Assembly: GCF_000284455.1 (NCBI RefSeq)
Contig: NC_017039.1
Span: 2,820,001-2,852,000, forward strand
Length of the DNA stretch: 32,000 nucleotides
Source of the DNA: Synechocystis sp. PCC 6803 substr. PCC-P
GTDB lineage: Bacteria > Cyanobacteriota > Cyanobacteriia > Cyanobacteriales > Microcystaceae
Direction of reading: 5' to 3'
Shown here: positions 9,709-17,784 of the stretch, in pieces
How the letters are laid out: the number at the start of each line of letters is the position of its first letter
Numbering within the stretch: position 1 is the first letter of the stretch
Notes under the pieces: generated by a model
Seen by the model: only the letters and a program-made list of their open reading frames with translations
The model's database searches: none
What the model was told of the DNA's origin: nothing
Program-made: the position numbers and the translations under genes

Positions 9709-10911
9709 ATGGTCTTGAGTCGAGACGTTAAATCTTCCCCGGAGCAAGCCTCTAGGGTTTCGTCAACGTTATCCGGCTACCGTTTAGCTGAATTGATTCG
9801 TCAGCGGGCTTGGGTGGAAATTGACCAAGCGGCGTTGGTGCATAACGTCCGGCAGTTCCGCCAGTATGTGGGGCCAAAAACTAATTTGATGGCGGTGGTC
9901 AAAGCCGATGCCTATGGCCATGGAGCAGTCCGGGTAGCCCAAACTGCTTTACAGGCCGGGGCTGATTGGTTGGCGATCGCCACTTTGGGGGAGGGCATCG
10001 AACTGAGGGAAGCGGGCATCACCGCCCCGATTTTGCTTTTGGGAGGTATTAATAGCCCAGAGGAAATTGAAGCCATTGCCCATTGGCGACTACAGCCCAC
10101 CCTCTGCTCCCCGGAACAGGCCCAATTGTTCAACGATATTTTGCTTAAGTTGGGTAAGGTTTTACCCGTACATCTCAAGCTGGATACGGGCATGACTAGG
10201 TTGGGTACTCCCTGGCCCCAGGCGGCGAACTTTGTTGGTTTGGTGCAATCTTTGCCCCAGCTACGGCTAGCTAGTTTATATTCCCATCTGGCCACAGCGG
10301 ACGACCCCAACACCGCCACCATGCTCCAGCAACAGGAAAGATTTGCCAAGGCGATCGCCAGTTTGCGTCAAGCCCGATTACCCATACCCAAATTACATTT
10401 AGCTAATTCTGCGGCCACCCTCCACGGCCAGGCTTGGCACTACGACATGGTCCGGGTAGGTTTAGGTTTGTATGGCCTTTATCCTGCTCCCCACCTAGGC
10501 GATTGCCTGGACCTAAAACCCGTATTAACAGTGCGGGCCAAAATCACCCAGATCAGAACCATTCCCCCCGGCACCGGCGTTAGTTACGGTCACCAATTCG
10601 TTAGTGAAGAAACCATGCCCATGGCAGTAGTGGGCATTGGCTATGCGGACGGTGTCCCCCGTAATCTTTCCAATCAATTGGAAGTGCTTTTGCGGGGCCA
10701 ACCAGTGCGACAAATCGGGGCCATCACCATGGATCAAATGATGGTGGATTTACGGGGCATTGATGATCCCCAAGTGGGGGAAGTGGTTACCCTGATTGGC
10801 CAAGACGGCGATCGCCAAATCACCGCAGACCATTGGGCCTCTACTTTGGGCACCATATCCTGGGAAATTCTCTGTGGCTTCAAACACCGTCTACCCCGTA
10901 TTCTTATCTAA
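9709..10911 (+). CDS. alr: Alanine racemase (PLP-dependent)
   Basis: AVVKADAYGHGA PLP-lysine motif, HLKLDTGMTRLG, RVGLGLYGLYP, GIGYADGVPR, and TMDQMMVDL. Confidence 0.96.
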   Translation: MVLSRDVKSSPEQASRVSSTLSGYRLAELIRQRAWVEIDQAALVHNVRQFRQYVGPKTNLMAVVKADAYGHGAVRVAQTALQAGADWLAIATLGEGIELREAGITAPILLLGGINSPEEIEAIAHWRLQPTLCSPEQAQLFNDILLKLGKVLPVHLKLDTGMTRLGTPWPQAANFVGLVQSLPQLRLASLYSHLATADDPNTATMLQQQERFAKAIASLRQARLPIPKLHLANSAATLHGQAWHYDMVRVGLGLYGLYPAPHLGDCLDLKPVLTVRAKITQIRTIPPGTGVSYGHQFVSEETMPMAVVGIGYADGVPRNLSNQLEVLLRGQPVRQIGAITMDQMMVDLRGIDDPQVGEVVTLIGQDGDRQITADHWASTLGTISWEILCGFKHRLPRILI

Positions 10912-11145
10912 TCAGCCATGGTGAATCCCTTGCAACCATAATTGCTGACCGGAAAAACTGCCCAGTTGCCAAGCCCCCAGAATTTCGCTCGAAGGTCAAC
11001 TAAATGGGGCCGATTCGCTCTGTAAATTAATTCTTTACCCACAGGCGATCGCCCGAAAAACAAATTACCATAGTGGTGGATGACTGCCATTAACTTTTCA
11101 GTCGTTTTGTTTTATTTATTGACATACAAATTTTCCTAACCGGCA

Positions 11146-13695
11146 TTGGCTGATTTTTTGCCCAAAAAACATATTCCTTTGTATTGGGTACTAATTCTCC
11201 CCTTAGTGCTGCAAGTTTTGCTGGTTATGGCAGTTTTGGTCTTTTCCGCGCTATCGTTAGATTTTTTCGGTCAACTTAATAATAATGTCTATCTTTTTCT
11301 AGTTCTGGGCATTATCATTTTTTTAATTCCCGCCCTGACTAGTCTCTACATTGCTCGTTTAGTCATTGAACCCCTACGAAAACTAGTTACTACCAGTCAA
11401 AATTTAGCCCAAGGCACTTCCCACGGCACCATAACACAACCAGTGGCCATTGCCGAAATTCAGCAGCTTGCCAAAGCCATCAATGGTATGGCCCTCCGGT
11501 TACAACAATCCCTGGCACAAACCAAGGAAGAACTCCAAGGCTCCAAAGAACTATATCGGCAAGTAGTACAAAGTCAGACAGATTTTATTTTACGCTCCCA
11601 ACCAGATACCACCATCACCTTTGCCAACGATGCCCTTTGTCAAGCCCTAGGGCTTGCTTTACCCGAGGTAATCGGCTTGCAATGGCTAGACTTCATTGTT
11701 GAAGAAGACTTGAAAATAGTGCTGGACAAAATAGCCTGCTTAACCCCAGAACAGCCACAATTTATCAATGAAAATCAGGATAAAAGGGCAGGAGGAGTAT
11801 TAGGTTACACCCAATGGGTTAGTCGGGGAATTTTCAATGACAAGGGTCAATTAATTGAAATTCAGTCCGTTGGTCGGGATATTTCAGCCCTGAAAGAAAC
11901 CCAACTGGAATTAAGACAAAGTCAAAAATTTATTGAAAGCATTGCCGAAGCAACCCCCAGCCTTCTATACATATATGACCATATTAAGCAAGCCAATATC
12001 TATAGTAATCGTTCTGTTGCTGAATTTTTAGGTTATTCTCCAGAAGAAATTAAAACAATGGGGGCCAGCTTGTTTACAAATATTTGCCATCCAGAAGACT
12101 TGCCACGAATTTTAGCCGCCATTGAAAATTGTCAAAAATTAAGGGACGGTGAAATACTTGAAATTGAGTATCGTGTCCGAGATGCTAGACAACAATGGCG
12201 CTGGCTCCTAAGCCGAGACTTAGTTTTTACCCGCACAGAAACAGGACAACTTTGGCAAACCTTAGGCACAGCTCAGGATATTACCCAACGGAAAGAAGCG
12301 GAAATAGAGTTGGAAAAAATTAAAACTTTTCTTGCTTCCATTGTGGAAAATATTCCTGACATGATCTTTGTTAAAGATGCAAAAACTCTGAGATTTTTAG
12401 AATTAAATAAAGCTGGTGAAAGTTTAATCGGTTATACGAAAGAAGAAGTGTTAGGAAAAAATGATTATGAGCTATTTCCTCAGGAGCGGGCTGAATGGTT
12501 TATCCAAGAGGATAGGCAAGTTTTACTATCTGGAGAAGTTCAAGATATCCCCATGGAAGTTATCCAAACCTGCCACGAAGGGATACGTATTTTACACACT
12601 AAAAAAATCCCTATTTGTGACGCATCCGGTCAAGCGCAATATTTATTGGGTATTTCCGCTGATATTACTGATCTGTTGGAATCCCAACAACGTTTGCAGG
12701 AATTAGCTCGCCATATTCCGGGGGTAATCTATCAGTTTCGCATGCGTCCCGATGGTACTTTTCACTTTCCCTATGCCAGTGAGGGGATTCGGAAAATTTA
12801 TGGAGTTAGCCCTGAGGAGGTAAAAGAAGATGCCACCCCAGTTTTTAACGTGTTGCACCCTGATGAATTGCCAGGAGTTTCCCGATCCATTTATGAGTCT
12901 GCAGCAAACCTAACTCCCTGGTATTACGAGTATCGAGTTTGTTTTGCTGATGGACGAGTGATCTGGGTATTAGGCTACGCCACGCCCCGGAGGGAAAGCG
13001 ATGGAGGAACCATTTGGCATGGCTATATTAAAGACATTACTGATCGCAAAGAAGAAGAATATTTATTAATTAAAGCCAAAGAAAGGGCAGAAACAGCGGA
13101 GCAAACCTTACAAAAAGCTCAAATTCGGCTAGAAAGGTTTAATAAAAAACTAAGTCAATTAATAGATATTGATGGGTTGACGAAGATTGCTAACCGTCGT
13201 TGCTTTAATGTCCGCATTAAACAAGAGTGGCGGAGATTATCTAGGGCTCAAGTGCCCATATCCTTAATCATGTTTGATATAGATTGCTTCAAAAATTACA
13301 ATGACCGCTATGGCCATCCGGAGGGGGATCTGTGCTTAATTAGGGTGGCCCAAGCAGCTAGAAAAGCTGCCAGTCGGCCAGCGGACTTAGTGGCCCGTTT
13401 TGGGGGGGAAGAATTTGCGGTGCTTTTGCCCGAAACCGACACCAAGGGGGCAATTATGGTTGCCGAGAAAATCATTCAAGCCATCAGCCAATTGGCGATC
13501 GCCCATGAAGCTTCCCCCATTAGTGGGCAAATCACAATCAGTTTGGGCATCGGCACCCAGTTTCCCTCCAAGGAACTCATCTCCAGGACCCTTATCAAAC
13601 AAGCGGATATGGCCCTGTATGAAGCAAAACGCCGGGGCAGAAATCAGTATGTGGTCTGGACGGAAGAACTGGAAGGGGAGTCCTCACTTTCATGA
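11146..13695 (+). CDS. Membrane sensor diguanylate cyclase: TM-HAMP-like, four PAS-type domains, GGDEF
   Basis: TTG start; two N-terminal TM segments, a HAMP-like IEPLRKLVTTSQNLAQG, repeated PAS/PAC segments, LTKIANRRCF...FDIDCFKNYND and RPADLVARFGGEEF. Confidence 0.92.
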   Translation: MADFLPKKHIPLYWVLILPLVLQVLLVMAVLVFSALSLDFFGQLNNNVYLFLVLGIIIFLIPALTSLYIARLVIEPLRKLVTTSQNLAQGTSHGTITQPVAIAEIQQLAKAINGMALRLQQSLAQTKEELQGSKELYRQVVQSQTDFILRSQPDTTITFANDALCQALGLALPEVIGLQWLDFIVEEDLKIVLDKIACLTPEQPQFINENQDKRAGGVLGYTQWVSRGIFNDKGQLIEIQSVGRDISALKETQLELRQSQKFIESIAEATPSLLYIYDHIKQANIYSNRSVAEFLGYSPEEIKTMGASLFTNICHPEDLPRILAAIENCQKLRDGEILEIEYRVRDARQQWRWLLSRDLVFTRTETGQLWQTLGTAQDITQRKEAEIELEKIKTFLASIVENIPDMIFVKDAKTLRFLELNKAGESLIGYTKEEVLGKNDYELFPQERAEWFIQEDRQVLLSGEVQDIPMEVIQTCHEGIRILHTKKIPICDASGQAQYLLGISADITDLLESQQRLQELARHIPGVIYQFRMRPDGTFHFPYASEGIRKIYGVSPEEVKEDATPVFNVLHPDELPGVSRSIYESAANLTPWYYEYRVCFADGRVIWVLGYATPRRESDGGTIWHGYIKDITDRKEEEYLLIKAKERAETAEQTLQKAQIRLERFNKKLSQLIDIDGLTKIANRRCFNVRIKQEWRRLSRAQVPISLIMFDIDCFKNYNDRYGHPEGDLCLIRVAQAARKAASRPADLVARFGGEEFAVLLPETDTKGAIMVAEKIIQAISQLAIAHEASPISGQITISLGIGTQFPSKELISRTLIKQADMALYEAKRRGRNQYVVWTEELEGESSLS

Positions 13696-15338
13696 GGTCC
13701 CAAAGCTAGGACAGCGTCCTTGAGAGCTTCAGAACGGTCGTCATAGCAATTACTTTCAGGAACAAAGCGGAACACTTGCAATTTTTCCAAGCGTCGCTTG
13801 GTTTGCCCTGTTGCCCCCACAATGTAAACGGCCCGACCTTTTTCCGCCGCTTCTTCAATGGCATTTTCCAGGGCCAGGGAAGCGGTTACTCCCAAATGGG
13901 GCACATCGCTCAGATCAAAAACAATGGCGGCACATTCTTGAATGGCATTATGTTCCCTGGCGATCGCCTTGGCCACCCCAAAAATCATTGGGCCACTGAG
14001 TTGGAAAAGCAAGACCCGGCCATTGCCCTCATCTAGCCAACGTTTCTCATTGGCGGAAAGGAGAATTTCGTCGTCGGCATCGCTAATACTTTTCACAGCT
14101 TTGGACTGCAACGCACTCATACGGTCAATGGTGAGAATATTGGCAATAAATACACCAATACCTACTGCCGCAATTAAATCCACCAACACCGTCAGGACAA
14201 TGACGGCATACATAATCAAGGCCCCTTTGATGGAGACATGGTGAGCCCGCTTGAGGAACCCCCAATCAATAATGTCCACCCCAACTTTGAACGCAATACC
14301 AGCCAATACGGCTAGGGGAATGGTAGCCGCCAATTTAGCTGCGCCTAAAATTACCACCAGCAACACCATCGCCCGGATCAAGCCAGACAGAGCTGTGCGT
14401 CCCCCGGACTGGATATTTACCACCGTCCCCATGGTGGCCCCAGCTCCCCCCAAGCCACCAAATAAACCGGACATTACATTGCCGATGCCCTGGCCGACTA
14501 ATTCCTTGTTGGAGTTATGTTCTGTGCGGGTCAAGCTATCAGCCACCACCGAAGTCAGGAGGGCATCAATACAGCCCAGCATTCCCAGAACAGCCGCATC
14601 AATCAGCATTCTCTGTAATTGATCAGCCTGAAACACTGGTAGCTGTAGAGCGGGCAAACCGGCCTGAATTTCCCCAATGCGACGGATATCCAGATCGCCA
14701 AATAGGGTGATGGAAATAATTGTCCCCAACACTAAAGCCACCAATTGGGGCGGAGCAAACTTTTTCCAACGGGAAGGCATAAACCAAATAATGCCCACCG
14801 TCATGAGCGCCAATAGGGTTTCCACCGGCCTGACATTGCTTACTAGGTTAGGGAGGGCCTGGAGGGTGCCGATTACCCCTCCCTTGGGACTAGCTTGGCC
14901 AAGAAAGGGAGCCAGTTGCAAAATCACCAAAATAATCCCAATGCCGGACATAAAGCCGGAAATGACTGTGTAGGGCATCATGGTGACATATTTGCCCAAT
15001 TTGAGCAGACCAAAGGCAATCTGGAACAACCCCGCCATCATTACCACAGTGAAGGCCATGGCCAAGCCATTGTCGGGATCTGCCGCCACTAAACTAGCAA
15101 TAACCGCCGTTTGCACCACCGTCATGGGCCCAGTCGGTTCGGAAATTAAGGTGGGGGTGCCGCCAAATAAGGCCGCGAAAAACCCTACGATCACCGCCCC
15201 CCAGAGTCCGGCCGTAGCCCCTGCTCCGGAAGCAATCCCGAAGGCTAAGGCCATGGGCAGGGCAATAACCGCCGCTGTAACCCCGCCAAAAAGGTCCCCC
15301 TGCAGGTTCCTAAAATGAATTTTGTTAGTTATTTGCAT
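13644..15338 (-). CDS. bicA: SulP-family anion transporter, BicA-type Na+-dependent bicarbonate transporter
   Basis: LQGDLFGGVTAAVIALPMALAFGIASGAG N-terminus, ~12 hydrophobic segments and a C-terminal STAS domain (GRVLLFQLSGPMIFG...IVFDLSDVPHLGVTASLAL). Confidence 0.9.
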   Translation of the reverse strand: MQITNKIHFRNLQGDLFGGVTAAVIALPMALAFGIASGAGATAGLWGAVIVGFFAALFGGTPTLISEPTGPMTVVQTAVIASLVAADPDNGLAMAFTVVMMAGLFQIAFGLLKLGKYVTMMPYTVISGFMSGIGIILVILQLAPFLGQASPKGGVIGTLQALPNLVSNVRPVETLLALMTVGIIWFMPSRWKKFAPPQLVALVLGTIISITLFGDLDIRRIGEIQAGLPALQLPVFQADQLQRMLIDAAVLGMLGCIDALLTSVVADSLTRTEHNSNKELVGQGIGNVMSGLFGGLGGAGATMGTVVNIQSGGRTALSGLIRAMVLLVVILGAAKLAATIPLAVLAGIAFKVGVDIIDWGFLKRAHHVSIKGALIMYAVIVLTVLVDLIAAVGIGVFIANILTIDRMSALQSKAVKSISDADDEILLSANEKRWLDEGNGRVLLFQLSGPMIFGVAKAIAREHNAIQECAAIVFDLSDVPHLGVTASLALENAIEEAAEKGRAVYIVGATGQTKRRLEKLQVFRFVPESNCYDDRSEALKDAVLALGPHESEDSPSSSSVQTTY

Positions 15339-15622
15339 TATTCAATATCCCCAAAAATGGGTTAGTCATAGTCTTTAGTCTATTTAAAATAGATTTCCAT
15401 AGAGAATATTCTAGGGCTGGTTTTTACTTCAGGCAATGATACAGATAGATAAAATCTATACCAAATGTCAAAAGAGGACTCCCGTTAGAGCCTGAGCGGT
15501 GAGATCAATTTTGGCCAATGATTAAACTAAATCTTTTTAGGGATAGGGATTGATCGGTGCTCTGCTGTCGAGCTTGGCAACCATAAATCTTCCCCAGCCC
15601 CCATTGAGCAAATTTTTCTCTA

Positions 15623-16738
15623 TTATTCCCCTAAACTGCGGGGATCTAGGGCATCTCGCAGGCCGTCTCCCAATAGATTAAAGGCCAAGACAGTCAAAAT
15701 AATTAGTACTGCGGGGGGCCAGACCAACCAAGGTTGCAACACCAAGATAGAAGCATTGGTGGCAATGGAAAGTAAATTTCCCCAACTAGGATCCGGTTGT
15801 TGAATGCCCAGGCCGATCAAGCTCAACACTGATTCGGCCACAATAAATCCGGGCACTGCCAACGTGGCGGAAATAATAATGTAACTGGCGGTTTGGGGCA
15901 AAATGTGGCGCACAATAATCCTTGGTGCCCCGGCCCCCATGGCTTTGGCGGCTTGGACGTATTCCTGTTGTTTGAGGGAAAGCACTTGACCTCGAATTAC
16001 CCTAGCTAACCCAGACCAACTAATGAAAGAAGTAATTACCACAATGAGCAAAAACCTTTGGGCACTGCTCAGACCAGGAGGTAACACCGCCGCTAGGGCC
16101 ACCAACAGGTAAATGCCAGGGATGGTCATCAGCACTTCTACTAGACGCATTAAAACCACGTCTAACCAACCACCGAAGTATCCAGCAATGCCTCCCACCA
16201 CCATGCCCAGGGGAAAGGAAATGGTAATCCCAATCAAGCCAATGAATAAACTAATGCGGCCACCAAATAATAAACGGCTAAATTGATCCCTTCCTTGTTC
16301 GTCTGTCCCCAATAAGTTGAGCTTACCCGGCCCTAAGGTACCAATTAAATGGCGATCGCCTGGGATACCCGGAAAAATTTCCACTGGGGCAAAACTGGGG
16401 GGTAAGGGTAATTTAATTTGTCCCCAGACGTAACTATCCCCTTGGACCCAAAGGCGGACTGGGGAAGGTTGGCTGAAATCTATCTCTAAAGGTCTTAATC
16501 CCGTTTCTAAATCGGTGGGTAACTGGCGGGTGGGGTAAACGGTGGGCCCGATCCATTTCCCCCCCGGCGATCGCCAATGGATTTGGGTGGGAGGCAGTAG
16601 GGAACCATCCACTTGGGCGTTGTAGGGATTATAGGGGGCAAAAATATCCGCTCCAATGACAGCGACGTAAAACAACAATAGTAGTATGGCACCCCAACGA
16701 GCCAGGCTATTGCGCCGCAGTTTTTTCCACCAATCCAT
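15623..16738 (-). CDS. Dipeptide/oligopeptide ABC transporter permease (DppC/OppC type)
   Basis: MDWWKKLRRNSLARWGAILLL..., LLGTDEQGRDQFSRLLFGGRISL, and an EYVQAAKAMGAGAPRIIVRHILP EAA motif. The ORF can extend to 16789. Confidence 0.92.
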   Translation of the reverse strand: MDWWKKLRRNSLARWGAILLLLFYVAVIGADIFAPYNPYNAQVDGSLLPPTQIHWRSPGGKWIGPTVYPTRQLPTDLETGLRPLEIDFSQPSPVRLWVQGDSYVWGQIKLPLPPSFAPVEIFPGIPGDRHLIGTLGPGKLNLLGTDEQGRDQFSRLLFGGRISLFIGLIGITISFPLGMVVGGIAGYFGGWLDVVLMRLVEVLMTIPGIYLLVALAAVLPPGLSSAQRFLLIVVITSFISWSGLARVIRGQVLSLKQQEYVQAAKAMGAGAPRIIVRHILPQTASYIIISATLAVPGFIVAESVLSLIGLGIQQPDPSWGNLLSIATNASILVLQPWLVWPPAVLIILTVLAFNLLGDGLRDALDPRSLGE

Positions 16739-16751
16739 AAAAATTTGTCCC

Positions 16752-17162
16752 CTAGCAACGGCCGCTATCCAAATCCAGATAACGCTCAATCAACAAAATA
16801 GCAACAATATCATCCACCGGGCGGGGGGGAGTCCTCAAACCCAAGGGCACCAAACGCCCTAATCCCTGAGGAGGATACATTTGCCAATATCTTTGCCTGG
16901 CTTCCACAGTACTGTTTTTTTCGTTCACCAATGCCAGGGCCATGGCTGGGAGTAAGTAACTTTGCAATTGTTTTTGCCATTGTTTAGCGGTGGTTTGATT
17001 CCCCATTACTACTTGCTCCACTTGATACTGCTCACACAGGGCCGGCAGTCGCTGGGGCACTTCCTGGGCCGCAATGGTTTCATGGTACAAAATTTGGCGA
17101 TCGCCAGTCATCACCGCCACCCCGCATTTATCCCGACCAGGATCAAATCCTAAATAATTCAT
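16752..17162 (-). CDS. YqgF/RuvX-like RNase H-fold protein (Holliday-junction-resolvase/pre-16S nuclease-like paralog)
   Basis: MNYLGFDPGRDKCGVAVM matches the GxDxGxxxxGvAv signature; C-terminal PVDDIVAILLIERYL. The first 50 aa of the supplied 186-aa ORF are probably untranslated. Confidence 0.75.
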   Translation of the reverse strand: MNYLGFDPGRDKCGVAVMTGDRQILYHETIAAQEVPQRLPALCEQYQVEQVVMGNQTTAKQWQKQLQSYLLPAMALALVNEKNSTVEARQRYWQMYPPQGLGRLVPLGLRTPPRPVDDIVAILLIERYLDLDSGRC

Positions 17163-17402
17163 ACAACTTGGTAATTTATTTAATTTTCCAGTGGGCCAAC
17201 GTCCCATGGTAATGGTTAGGCTGTCATCCAAAAACTTGGTCTTTAACCTAGTCCGAGAAAATCTTTGGAAAAGCGTCGTACCATTGAAAAATCTATCGGA
17301 ATTCCTTTGCAAAGGAGAATTTTCACAAAACTTCTTGACCGGGGTTGAAAGTGAATTTTTCCCTGGGCAGTCAGTCTAGGGTGTGATAGAGAGAAAAGGC
17401 GG

Positions 17403-17732
17403 TTGAGTATATCATGGGCATATAAGACGTTTTTGTTGGTTGCCACTGCCTTGCATAGCGAAGTTATTTGTTTTCCTCAACTACCCCTCGCTGTTTACCG
17501 GGAAATCGCGGCCCATGTGCAACAGCTTGCCGGTGTGACCGCGACCCTTCTGACTCCCACTTTTACCCAGTTTGACTATTTCAACAGTCAGGTGGGGGGC
17601 CTGGAGCTGACCCTACAGGATGATTTTTCCCCCGGCGATCGCCAAATTATTGAGGAAATTCTCGCCTTCTATGCCAAAAGATACGGCACTCCCGAGCGAC
17701 GGCCCGCCATGGTTTCTTCCTACACCGCTTAG
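17403..17732 (+). CDS. Small conserved-type hypothetical protein
   Basis: 109 aa from a TTG start, or shorter from a downstream start. Well-formed sequence (LAVYREIAAHVQQLAGV...DDFSPGDRQIIEEILAFYAKRYG) with no strong motif. Confidence 0.55.
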   Translation: MSISWAYKTFLLVATALHSEVICFPQLPLAVYREIAAHVQQLAGVTATLLTPTFTQFDYFNSQVGGLELTLQDDFSPGDRQIIEEILAFYAKRYGTPERRPAMVSSYTA

Positions 17733-17784
17733 AATATCTGCTCCACTGGTCGAGAACTAGACTGTCCCCAATCATTCCAACTTG

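Noticed and set aside
9537-9731. 64-aa + strand ORF between rpsR and alr
   Set aside because: No start-context support or homology signal; probably chance, though a leader peptide cannot be excluded.
9912-10349. 145-aa - strand ORF inside alr
   Set aside because: Fully antisense to a well-supported alanine racemase; no recognisable domain.
14251-14622. 123-aa + strand ORF (and neighbours 13942-15318) antisense to bicA
   Set aside because: Composition follows the complementary strand of a clear SulP transporter; no motif or independent support.
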